NCBI RefSeq assembly: GCF_032191835.1
Contig: NC_083235.1
Coordinates: forward strand, 74,896,001 to 74,960,000
Length of the DNA stretch: 64,000 nucleotides
From: Heteronotia binoei
Taxonomy: Eukaryota
Direction of reading: 5' to 3'
Made by a program: the position numbers and the translations under genes. Shown here in pieces: positions 1 to 10,960 of this stretch (positions are counted from its first letter, which is position 1; each line of letters opens with the position of its first letter). A model generated the notes under the pieces. That model saw only the letters and a list, made by a program, of their open reading frames with translations. It did no database searches and had not been told where the DNA came from.

Positions 1-574
1 CCCCCGAAGAGACTAGTATTGAGAAATCCATATTATACCCCTTGAGTTCTATAGCCGTGAGAGGAATCCTACTGGGAGAGGTGGTCTGTTGTACCTGAAA
101 ACAACAGGTACCTCTGTTGTACCTGAAAACAGATAACAGCCGAAACCTTATTTATTTATTTAGACTATTTATATTCTGCCCTATCCCAGAAAAGGCTCAG
201 GGCGGATAACATCATTATAAAAGCCATCTAAATAACAATTAAAATATATCATATCAATAAAACAATACAGTTAGATCATAAACAGTTAGAGTAGGGTTTC
301 CAACTACCCAGCCAAAAAATGTCATCTCCCTTTTATAGTGACTTAATAAAATACTATTTACCTCCTTGCCAAAAAAGTCATGGACATTTCCACATATTTA
401 AGCCACTATTAAAGGAACAGGATATTTTTCTCCAGGCCTGTTGGCAACCTCCCTCAGAGTAGCCAGTTATAATACTGTAATACCTTGAAAAGTCAGGCTA
501 TGAAATGCCCAGCATTTCACACCTGGATCTACCAACATTCCACAAATAAGAAAAAAGGAAAGGTCCCCTGTGCA

Positions 575-1135
575 AGCACCAGTCGTTTCTGACTCTGGGG
601 TGATGTTGCTTTCATGTTTTCATGAGAGCCAGTTTGGTGTAGTGGTTAAGTGTGCGGACTCTTATCTGGGAGAACCGGGTTTGATTCCCCACTCCTCCAC
701 TTGCACCTGCTAGCATGGCCTTGGGTCAGCCAGAGCTCTGGCAGAGGTTGTCCTTGAAAGGGCAGCTGCTGTGAGAGCCCTCTCCAGCCCCACCCACCTC
801 ACAGGGTGTCTGTTGTGGGGGAGGAAGGTAAAGGAGATTGTGAGCCGCTCTGAGACTCTTTGGAGTGGAGGGCGGGATATAAATCCAATATCTTCTTCTT
901 CTTTACGGCAGACTTTTTATGGGTGGTTTGCCATTCCCTTCCCCAGTCTTTTACACTTTCCCCCCAGCAAGCTGGGTACTCATTTTACCGACCTTGGAAG
1001 GATGGAAGGCTGAGTCAACCTTGGGCCGGCTACCTGAATCCAACTTCTGCCAGAATCAAACTCAGGTTGTGTGCAGAGAGTTCAGACCACAGTACTGCAG
1101 TACTGCTGCTTTACCACTGTGCGCCACGGGGGCAC
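575..1135 (-). mobile_element. Sauria SINE (Squam1), split by a Squam3-type SINE
   Basis: Diagnostic body (plus strand GCAAGCTGGGTACTCATTTTACCGACCTTGGAAGGATGGAAGGCTGAGTCAACC), tRNA-like head near 1100-1135 and BovB-like tail at 575-623. An uninterrupted tail copy at 53522-53640 shows that 623 and 906 were contiguous. Confidence 0.85.
624..903 (+). mobile_element. Squam3-type CORE SINE (tRNA head, CORE, L2-like tail)
   Basis: GAGAGCCAGTTTGGTGTAGTGGTTAAG head, CCTTGGGTCAGCC / CACCTCACAGGGTG CORE, GTGAGCCGCTCTGAG...GGGCGGGATATAAAT tail and (CTT)n end. Near-identical copies at 48913 and 58593. Confidence 0.85.
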
Positions 1136-2809
1136 TTCCACAAATAGAGCTGCTACCAAAAGACCAATATAACAACTGGCCACATATATGAGCCTAGAGG
1201 AAAGAAGCAAAAACCATTTGATGTAGCTGGAATATAAAAGGTTCTCTGTTACATGAGGTAACTGAGAAGGTTGGGGGGGGGGGGGGGGGAGGAAGGGCCT
1301 CAGTTATGCCAGCCCTTCTCCTTACTCCCAAGGGATACAAAAAAAACCTGGGTAACAACTACTACCTTGAGGAGCTTTTCCCATCTTGGGGTAATTTTGA
1401 TCTCTCTCTGCTTTTAGAAGAGAATATACTCTAGCAGTTTGGTGTTTCCTTCTCTGTCCCTTTGGGATATTACCTTCCAGCAGAGTGTGGGGTAGTAAAC
1501 CATTGCCATGCTTCAGCCAGAGTCATTAACATAACCAAAAGCTTAAGTGTTCTGTGCTTAGACCTGGATGTCTCCTTCTCCCCAGCTCCCCCCTTTTTGC
1601 AAACTGAGTCTGAAGCTGCGTTCCTGAGCACCCACAGAGAGTAGTCCCATTAACTTAAATATCTGGGTGAATTCTTGGGTGGAGGGCATTCTCCACAGAG
1701 CTAATGTCAGAAAACAAGCTGAAATGTGAATCAGAATATGATCCTTATTTTTAAAACAGAAGTAATTTGTCATGGACTCCAGTGAAAATCAAACTTCACA
1801 AGTTTAGCTCACATCTCCTTAGGTCTCTGTAGGTCTCTCCTAGGTCTCTGCAGGGCTGGGAAATGTTATGAGGATATTTATGTGCATTCAGAAAATGGCA
1901 CAATTTTACAAATATTTTTTTCCCCTATGTTCAGAAGACATTGATTTAAGAAATGTGTGACAACCAAGCTCAGTCAAAAACAGATACAGTGGAAAAGTGA
2001 AGTTAGTATCTTCTTTTGACAGCGTTAAAAATCCTGCCTGCATGCATTGCACAGTTATGCAGAGTCTGAATCAACAGACTGCCGCTTCTGTTCTGATGAA
2101 GCTCTACCAAACCATAAAGAAAAATGCTTGGGGGGTGGGCCTTAAAAGAATGTGCAATGTATTACAGACTTTCCTCACATGAAGGAAACTCAGAATTTCC
2201 AAATATCTTTTATTCTAAGGGGAAACTGTCAAGCATCGATATTTCGTAATAATCAAGCTTTTGTTTTTAATCAAAGACTTGCTTTATTGAAACTCCACAA
2301 CTTGCTCCAAGGACGGATTCCTTGGAAGTAATGATTGACACAGTATTGAATAGTATCTTACAGACTACTTCGAAAGGCAGGGTTAAAGATAACTTCAAAA
2401 GAATAACATAAAGATGCAAATTGAAGGTTCAAAAGCTACTCGCTAGTATCTCTTTTATGACTAAGGAATGCTAACATCTCCATTTCTCACACATTCTCCG
2501 CTAGCTGATAAGACATGGCTTTGTGAATCTGGGGGAGAAGCACTTTACACCGATAATACAAGGTTACACTAAACATCCTGGATTCAGAGGGATTTATTAT
2601 GCATCCACAGGGGGGGAAGGGAGAGAGGGGCGGGGGGGGGAAGAGAAGAAAGGTATGGATAAACCAGCACTTAGAAATAGCATGCTTGACAGAAACACAG
2701 TATTTTTAAATGCATCTAGTTGTGCAACATCGTAATTCTGTTGCAAACTTTTCTTATTTCAGCAGCTTAACATCCTATAGAGTTAAACTGTAATCTTATT
2801 ATTGTAACA

Positions 2810-3044
2810 GATATGAACATATGAAGAACATATGAACATATGAAGCTGCCTTATACAGAATCAGACCCTTGGTCCATCAAAGTCAGTATTGTCTACTCAG
2901 ACTGGCAGCGGCTCTCCAGGGTCTCAAGCTGAGGTTTTTCACACCTACTTGCCTGGACCCTTTTTTTTGGAGATGCCAGGGATTGAACCTGGGACCTTCT
3001 GCTTCCCAAGCAGATGCTCTACCACTGAGCCACCGTCCCTCCCC
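2810..3044 (-). mobile_element. tRNA-Ala-derived SINE with CR1-like 3' tail
   Basis: Head GGTGGCTCAGTGGTAGAGCATCTGCTT...GGTTCAATCCCTGGCATCTCCA with A/B boxes and tail AAGGCAGCTTCATATGTTC. At least seven copies in the window. Confidence 0.85.
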
Positions 3045-3841
3045 ACCTTTTGAGAATGGAATTATCTCCCTAATACATGCATGGCCACCCAAATACAACA
3101 ATCATAACAATGGCATGATATACACACAGTAACACAGAGCAGTGCTATGAAGTTGAGACACAGTTCTATGGAGAACAGCACCAGTACAACCTGTTATAAT
3201 AAAGCAGTCGCATAGTTCTCATGAAGAATGATGTGACACACCTTAACCAGGCCCAGGTATATGTAAAAGGAGCACCACTGTTTGATTCCATTAAGGTGTC
3301 CAGGGACTGCAAGCTTTTAAGCTCTGTTCACAATGGATCAATCCACTGTAAAAAGCAACTCCTGACTGCTGCAATAGCAAAATACTTCTATTCCAGGCTT
3401 ATGTTCACTTGTTTAGAACTTTCTGAACTTTTAAGAGCTTCTTTTCCCTGAGGTTAGCCTGTCTAACAAAGTAAATTGTTTTGGTTCTACAGAATCCAAA
3501 TTAAGACTTTTTGATCACTTGAGAGTTCAAGAGAAAACAGGAAATCCATACAAGAAACAGGACTGAACTGGAATGAGATGTCGAATCATTCCTGAAAGTC
3601 GTTTGGGTTTGTAAGCCTGGTGTTTTTAATTTTTTTTTTTTTTAATACACACACTTTCCTTTATATGGGTTTTTAAGGCTTCAAAACAACCCTAAGCAAG
3701 GCAAGAATGTGAATTGAATTTTATTTTGTACTAATAGTTCATAACATAGTTGCTGAATTGTTACCTGCCTTGCATTTAGGGGATAGTGTACATATCAAAA
3801 CAGGCAAATTGCATAAATGCAGCAAACACATTGACACTTAC

Positions 3842-3959
3842 CATTGGTATAGGTGTTCACATAGTACCTGCGGCCCTGGGGAGACATATAACTCTGCCAG
3901 CCAGGAGGGAGATGGCCATTCTGAGAGTCTTCTGTCTGAGGAGTGATTTTCCTAGGTTT
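3842..3959 (-). CDS. GAS7: GAS7 internal coding exon (first part of WW domain), phase 0 to phase 1
   Basis: Translates KPRKITPQTEDSQNGHLPPGWQSYMSPQGRRYYVNTYTN, matching mammalian GAS7 KPGMVPPPPGEESQTVILPPGWQSYLSPQGRRYYVNTTTN (recalled). Bounded by ...TCTGTCAACAG acceptor and ATG|GTAAGT donor. Confidence 0.93.
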
Positions 3960-6499
3960 CTGTTGACAGAAAGACAGAAGAACTACGTTAAGATGGCTTA
4001 AAAAAAAACGCAAAAAAAGGCTGAACAACACACACACAGTATGAAATTCTGAGGTATCCCCTGCAGTTCCTGAGGGCAGGATATAGGACTCAGGGAAGTA
4101 AACATCACTAAGAACCCAGACCATTTATCGTGCTATCTATAGCCTGGGAAATGTATTCTGGCAATCTCTGCAAAGCACAGACATTCCCCTAGGGGCAAAG
4201 GAACATGGTGGAATGTTGCAGAACCTGTACTGTCACCTTGTCAATCCGACATGTTATTGCATATGCCTTTTGAAAAGGAGAAAAACACAGTGCTCTGTCT
4301 CCAAAGAAGAATCACCACAAAATAGATTCAGTATGTTTAGCCTGCATGAATAACAGCATGACCTGTTGCTTGTTGTGAATATGTTGTACATCTAATGTTT
4401 GTAAGATCTGTCCATCTACGTACTTAAGACAAAGCATAATACATTTTCTATTTATGTGTACATCTTCTATTTATACATTACTTCATTTATGGTACCTATA
4501 TACCATCATTTTCCATGGAATATAAGACAGCATTCATGAAGAGATTTCCCGACCAGACAATAACCAGGTGCAGACACGCTTCACTTCAATGAAGTTGCAC
4601 TCTCTCTCTCTCTCTCTCATATGCCTTTCAACCAATCCCTAAGACCCACTATGAAGCCTACTATGGCAAACAGGAAATTTCCATGAATATTCTCATCTGC
4701 TATAAATGTTTACAGAATCAAAGTGGTCCGTTATTACCTGTGCAATATGGACTGTACTAGTGGAATTCATTTCCAATTGTGGGAGCAAGATGTTCTGCTC
4801 TAAGGAAAGGTGATCATCACTTCCATAAGACCTTCCATCACTTCCTTAAGACTGCCACACTGAACACTAAAAGGAATTTATAATTTTTCTTAGATTAAAG
4901 AGGGTTTTTTCCCCCTCTTCAAGCCTCTTCAAATTATAATAGCAAGAAGGATCGCTTTGCACTGTTTGATTTTCTCAGCTCAGGGAAAAACAATTTCGAA
5001 CAGTGGTTCCCAGCCCTTATGGTATGGTGGCCCACAGGTTCATTTACTTTGTATGGCAACCCACTTAAAAGCAGAGCATGCACACATCAGTAAAACTGCT
5101 TTGTGACCAACCCCATAGAAGAACAAGATAAATGAAACTGTGAAGCAGTAGAATTTAAAGTTTTGAAAATTTGATGTTATCTTCATTACCTACCAAAAGT
5201 TGGTATACCTAGCTTTTGGCTCAATCAACACTCTGGAATCCAACAGAACCTGATGTTCTAAGATAGACTACATCCCTCCCTAGAGCATAATTCCTTATAT
5301 GTGGCCATCAGGGACTTTCGCTGTGGCGACAGGCATGGGAGACAGTGAGACAGAACTGAAAAGGTACCAGGGAAAGGAGAGGGGCAGCAGATAGAGAAAA
5401 ATACAGAAGAAGCAAGGGAATCATTAAAGGTGCACTTAATATATATATCACAACATGGAGTGGGGCAATGGAGCAGCAGACAGTTGACAAGTATGGCTGA
5501 ATCCAAAAAGGACTGCGATTAGGAGAACCACTGATTGGGAATGGCATATAATACAGAATTAGCTAGTGTTTCCATTCCACTCAGTTCGACTATTGAGAGC
5601 TATTAGGGGGTCCCTCACAGACAATCCCTCCTTATGAAATCAAGAATCAGAACAAACATATTCACACAAATTGCCTAGTACCAAGGATCCCCCACCCAGA
5701 GTGGCCAGGACCCTCAGAATTTCTTCCTAGCACTTCCCCCCATCAGCAGCCCTATACCAGATTTGTGCCTTCACATCATCTTTTCCTGACCAAACAGAAG
5801 CAATATGCCGCCGCGGAGGGAGCATAGAGACCTTTTCAGTTTCTTTCCTTTGGCAGGGATCAGATGTAAAAAGAAACTGAACTAGACCTCTAGCTCACCA
5901 CCATAAACCTTCCCTTTGCAACTAATATCAGCAAGGTGCAGAGCAGAAAGGAATGCTCCAAAATGACAATGAGTATCTGTATATGAACAACTTTTGCCTA
6001 TGTACACCCACCTGAGAATCTTAGAACTGGCTACTCCAACATTTGCCACAGGAAAAGGCATTGAACAAAATAGTAGGTCACCTGCAGAGTAACAATGATG
6101 TAACACTATGGCCCTTAAGTCTTATTATCATAGTAGTGTAACAGCATTATTCATTGCAAAAGTATGCAATGTTATTCTTGTGCACCCAATGTTATTCTTG
6201 CACACAATGCTGCTATACAGTTGCCAGGTGCTCATCTATTCTGCACAAACTTCTGTCAGGTACTTAGAAAGTATTCCAATATGTGGCCAAGGCCACAATC
6301 CACTGTCTTGGGCTCCCCTTCAATAAGCAAAGGCTCTAAAGACTATCTGGAATAAACCTGGGCTGTTCTTTTCCCCTATACAAATATCCCAATATGACCT
6401 TTCCTTTTTCCCCTCTACAACTGGAGTTGCTGATGCAAGGCTCATTCTCCTTACTTTTTACTTAAACAGTGACACTGACTGGTCAGGGGCTAGGTAGGA

Positions 6500-7917
6500 A
6501 AATTACTGACCTGGTTATTCTGCAAGAATGAGACTGATTTAATAGCTCCATTCAATAAACCTGGCCATCTTAAAAGCAAAAAACTGAAAGCGCAATCACA
6601 GACGATTCCTAAAAGAAGAAAACATGGTAAAAGCCTAAAGAAGCTGAGTTGGCTCCATAAACAGCTCTCTAAAGACCTGAGAAATAAAAAAGATTCCTTT
6701 AGGAATTGGAAGGAGGGCCTTATAACCAAAGATGAATATAAACAAATCACCAGTGCTTGTAGAGAAAAAGTTAGGAAAGCTAAAGATCAGTACGAGCTTA
6801 GGCTGGCCAAAGATGCTAAAAACAACAACAAAAAAGGTTCTTTTCTTCTGTTCAAAGTAACAAAAAGAGCAAGGACATGGCAGGCCCACTGTGAGGGCAA
6901 GAAAGTGAAATTGTAACAGGTAATGAAGAGAGGATGGAACTGCTTAATTCCTACTTTTCCACAGTCTTCTCTTCTGAGGGAAACAGTGCTCAAAACAGAA
7001 CATATAAAGAGGGTATGAAGTTCCAGCCTAGAATCAGCATAGGGGTAGTACATAAACACCTAGTTTCTTTAAATGAAACTAAGTCTTCAGGGCCAGATGA
7101 ATTGCATCCAAGGGTTCTAAAAGAGCTTGTGTATGTAATTTCTGAGCCTCTGACTATTATTTTTGAGAATTCTTGGAGAACAGGAGAGGTGCTGAAAGAT
7201 CGAAGGCGGGCGAATGTTGTCCCCATCTTTAAGAAGGGGGGGGGGGGAGAGGATTCGGGTAACTACCGACCCGTCAGCTTGATGTCTATACCTGAAAAAG
7301 TTTTAGAACAAATCAAACAGTCGGTCCTGGAACATTTAGAAAGAATGGATGTGATTCTTAAGAGCCAGCATGGGTTTCTCAAGAACAAGTCATGTCAGAC
7401 TAACCTGATCTCTTTTTTTGAGAAAGTGACTTCCTTGCTGGATCAGGGGAATGCTGTAGACATTGTTTATCTTGATTTCAGTAAGGCTTTGATAGGGTTC
7501 CACATGCTATCGTTGACAAGTTGGTAAAATGTTGTTTGGATCCTGTTACCATTAGATGGATCTGTAACTGGTTGACAGATCGCACCCAAAGAGTGCTTGT
7601 GAATGGCTCCTCATTCGCTTGGAGAGAAGTGACAAGTGGAGTGCCTCAAGGATCTGTCCTGGGACCTGTTTTGTTCAATATCTTTATAAAAGATTTGGAT
7701 AAAGGAATAGAGGGAATGCTTATTAAATTTGCCGATGATACTAAATTGGGAGGGGTTGCAAATACAGTAGAAGACAGAAACAGGATACCGGATGACCTTG
7801 ACAGGCTGGAAAACTGGGCTAAAATCAGTAAAATGAATTTTAACAGGGATAAATGTAAAGTTCTGCATTTAGGTAGGAAAAATCCAATGCATGGTTATAG
7901 GATGGGGGAGACTTGTC
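6500..7917 (+). mobile_element. CR1 LINE ORF2 internal fragment (linker + RT), frameshifted
   Basis: Motifs KSSGPDELHPRVLKEL, NYRPVSL, QHGFLKNKSCQTNLI, VYLDFSKA, SGVPQGSVLGPVLFNIFI, KFADDTKLGG, FNRDKCKVLHLG across ORFs 6934-7527 and 7521-7940. Ends abruptly after GET. Confidence 0.95.
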
Positions 7918-8571
7918 CCAGAACACCGCCATTTTACTAGCTAAACAGAAACAGCTTCAAGACAACATGAAGTATGACCAACAATACAAAAAGGTGTAGC
8001 ACAGACCAGTTACGGTACTGAAAAATAGATCACTGATCATTTACTTAGTCTTGGCAAAGTAGAACCTCTAGCTAACATCCATCTGTGTATGTCTGTCCTT
8101 GCAGAAAGTGAGAAATGGAGCATTTTACAAAATACTGCTCAGCACACAACCCAATCCAGATATGTACATATGTTGTTTTACAAAAACACAATGTGGGGGC
8201 TTCTGTGTGCCAAAAAGCTAAACTATACATCAACTAGCTTGAAGAAAATAATTGGAGCTTCACAGATGGTTACAGAAATTATGCACAACTTAGAACAGAA
8301 GAATTTTAAAGTAAGGATTCTGATGTTTCGGTTAAGGAGATCTGTAAACAAAGTACAAAGTATGTGGCTGTAGGATACAAATCCAGCACTAATAACAGCA
8401 ATTTATTAAAACATATAAATAACTACTGTAAGATAACAAACAACATTGTACATCTGCTTTATTCAATAGAAATTCAAAGGTTCCCCTCAAGCACGACACA
8501 TTGAGTATAGCGATAAGGCAATAATAAATCCAGTTCACAACTCCTCTTGGAATTGTAAGATAAGAATAATC

Positions 8572-8572
<1 letters not shown>

Positions 8573-8645
<73 letters not shown>

Positions 8646-8660
8646 AAGAAGAAGAAGAAG
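8573..8660. repeat. Compound microsatellite (AAT)n(AAG)n
   Basis: About 14 AAT units directly followed by about 15 AAG units. Confidence 0.97.
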
Positions 8661-8970
8661 GTAAAGATGTCTTCTGACCTTCTCCTCTGGCCAAAGAGTG
8701 TGACTTACCCGCCTAATCTAATCAAGACCAACTGACCACTACTGTGTGTGAAGGAGCGCTGTGATTAGTTCCCATCGGCCATGTGACTTGCTAATCCAAT
8801 AGAAATTCTCCATGAATTGTAAAGGTAACCAGGTTCCATCCATGTGACTGCAAAATCCTCCCCTTCCTTTCTCCTCCCACACAGACTCAGAGAAGAAGCA
8901 GCCATAGTTTCAGGAAGCACATGGGAAAGAGGGTAAGTAGTTTTTCAGAATACACTGCAAATTTTTTTTT

Positions 8971-9200
8971 TAAAAAAAACAGCAGCCAGTAAATATGGGG
9001 CTAACTATCCTAGCAATTTTTTAAATGCTGCCAGATTTAATCAGAGTGCAGACCCCTTCCTCTCTCCCTTGCAACACCCCCCTTCCCAAACTTTACAATA
9101 AAAAACAACAGCCAGTAAATATGGGGGCTAAGCATCCTAGGAATTTTAAAATGCTGCCAGATTTAATCAAAGTGCAGCCCCCCTTCTTCTCCCCCTTGCA
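8971..9200. repeat. Two diverged direct repeats of about 125 bp
   Basis: CAGCCAGTAAATATGGGG...ATGCTGCCAGATTTAATCA.AGTGCAG occurs at about 8983 and about 9108. Confidence 0.85.
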
Positions 9201-9372
9201 ACCATCAGCCCTTCATTTCATGGTGGCATTCCTGGGCATGTACTAAAAACACTGATTTCTTTAAAACGGTTCTTTTTTATTTACAGGCTTTTTTCATTTA
9301 CAGAGTTGCAGTCTATTTAGAAGGTTTATTTCAAAAACAGACAGTAAAAGGCAGCTGCAATCTCTCTTTTAT

Positions 9373-9822
9373 TTACATCACAGAAATGCCATTTTTTTTC
9401 TGGTGCAGAAAAAAGGAATGAAAATGCAAATCTTTGATATAGCCTTGAACATATTTAACCATTGCACTGACAGTTGGAGACGTGTCAAATTTGCGCAAAA
9501 CTCTTGAAACAATTTTGAAAATTGTTTCAAGAGTTTTGCGCAAATTTGACGCGTCTCCAACTTTATTCAATAAATCAAATATTTGGTCCATATTCTCTTG
9601 AGTGAAGAGCAGACATTTCAATGAATAGGCAACCGAGGTCACAACTTGCATTATCGAATGTATTGACATTTCATCAATTACAAATTTCACCTTGCGGTTT
9701 ACTATTTGTTCAGACCAAGAAACACATGCGTGAGATTTCTGCCCGGGCGATTGAAGCTGGCATAGACCGCAGCACGAACTAATGCTGACATCGCTGATTT
9801 CCGTTTTCGGGGTGGTATACAG
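9373..9822 (-). CDS. 149-codon open frame with putative Zn-binding motif CGLCQLQSPGQKSHAC
   Basis: I extended the ORF-track frame upstream by hand to the TGA at 9823-9825. Motif at 9724-9771; stop TAA overlaps AATAAA. No ATG before the motif. Confidence 0.45.
   Translation of the reverse strand: MYTTPKTEISDVSISSCCGLCQLQSPGQKSHACVSWSEQIVNRKVKFVIDEMSIHSIMQVVTSVAYSLKCLLFTQENMDQIFDLLNKVGDASNLRKTLETIFKIVSRVLRKFDTSPTVSAMVKYVQGYIKDLHFHSFFLHQKKNGISVM
9472..9562. repeat. 91-bp near-perfect palindrome
   Basis: 45-bp arms around a single G at 9517, with one mismatch (GACGTGTC vs GACGCGTC). Confidence 0.95.
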
Positions 9823-9834
9823 TCAGAATCTTTT

Positions 9835-10248
9835 TCAGTTAAAAGCACTATGCAAAGTCTGTTTCCAATAACCTTTTCTACTTCCCCACCCCACTATCCC
9901 CCTTTCCCAAATTACCTGTTTCATAGAGTTCTCGCTTGGAATCAGCTCTTGGGAATCAGGAATCTCTTGGAAAACCTGGGTGCTGTAGGGAATAAGTTCC
10001 TGAGTGTCTGGGAAATCTTCCAGGAGGCCTTGCAAAATTTGGGAAACGCCATTTTTAGCTAGCATGTCAGCTGTTGTCTCCCCGCTGTCCATACTAACGC
10101 GTGTCTCTGTCAAAAACACGCCCCGGGAATGGAGCTTTGCAGGAACAAATTCTTCATCCTCAGAACTGTTCACATATCTCCTTTTAAAATTTTGTCTCAC
10201 CAATGGCAGCGGGCTTGAAAGTACCAAGGGTCTGGCCGGAGTTTCCAT
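9835..10248 (-). CDS. ATG-initiated acidic, SQ/TQ-rich ORF (METPARPLVLSSPLPLVRQ...)
   Basis: ATG at 10248 in good Kozak context (GACATGG), repeated DTQELIP/DSQELIP motifs, basic KRR followed by acidic SSEDEE. Same frame as the downstream ORF. Confidence 0.45.
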   Translation of the reverse strand: METPARPLVLSSPLPLVRQNFKRRYVNSSEDEEFVPAKLHSRGVFLTETRVSMDSGETTADMLAKNGVSQILQGLLEDFPDTQELIPYSTQVFQEIPDSQELIPSENSMKQVIWERGIVGWGSRKGYWKQTLHSAFN

Positions 10249-10519
10249 GTCCTCAGCAAGAGCCTGTGCATGTGTGTTCAAGCACAAATGGCTTCTTTCC
10301 TAAAATAACCTGGTGGGAGTGGGGGTGGGGCCCCCCAGCCCATTTGCTTTTGACCAGAGGTCAAACACTAGGCGTGTTGTTAGAAGGGTCACATGGACCT
10401 ACTCAGGCCTTCTCAGTGGCGGACCCCATTTTCCGGGGTGGGCTGCCACAGGCGGAAGTTCAATGACGCTGCAGTGGGTGGTGCTGGAGAAGGAGGAAGG
10501 GGAGGGGGCTACACATGTG

Positions 10520-10960
10520 ATTTCTGTCCTGCTCAATTAATATGCAGGGTTACTACGTCACAGCGGGGTGGACGTAGACGTTGATTGGCCTAGCTACGCC
10601 ATGTGGTGTGAGTCAGTAAGGCCATTTCCTGGAGGAGGTGCTTAATTAATTAAATATGCGGGGTACCTACGTCATGGTGGGGCACAGATGGTGATTGGCG
10701 GGGCTAGGTCACGTGGGGGTGGGGCTAGTCAGGACACCTCCTTGTGGGAGGTGCTTAATTAAATATGCGGGGTGCCTACATCATGGTGGCACCCCCAAAA
10801 TAGGTCACTTCCATCCTCCATTTGACACAGTTTCTGGTCACGACTCTGGGGTCATGACCTGGGTGATGTCATTGGGGTCATGACCCTGATGACGCAGTTT
10901 CAGGTGACGTCACCGGATGTGACCTCACTGGCCACACCCCCTTCATTAATAATGTGTGGG
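10520..10960 (-). promoter_or_regulatory. Dense promoter/enhancer motif cluster with three ~40-bp repeats
   Basis: TTAATTAA(A)TATGCGGGGT-like unit at about 10533, 10640 and 10752; CCAAT (ATTGG) twice; GC/GT boxes; TCACGTG; TGAGTCA; TGACGTCA with adjacent CCGGATGT. Confidence 0.55.

Noticed and set aside
60-150. Possible next GAS7 exon (ACCACC after CAACAG) or Penelope terminal motif
   Set aside because: The translation does not match ETTWERP and the hammerhead core is too decayed to call.
2960-3044. tRNA-Ala-like sequences (also at about 24960, 38175, 47560, 51950-52390)
   Set aside because: Each is fused to the same non-tRNA body and CR1-like tail, and the anticodon arms vary. They are SINE heads, not tRNA genes.
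3795-4124. Whole 109-aa ORF-track product as a protein
   Set aside because: Only 3842-3959 is exon; the flanking residues are intron read-through beyond canonical splice sites.
10880-10960. Parvovirus ITR interpretation (CACATCCGGTGACGT resembles waterfowl parvovirus ITR motifs)
   Set aside because: No terminal hairpin and no Rep/NS1 or VP motifs. ETS+CRE composites are generic, so this remains only a weaker alternative.
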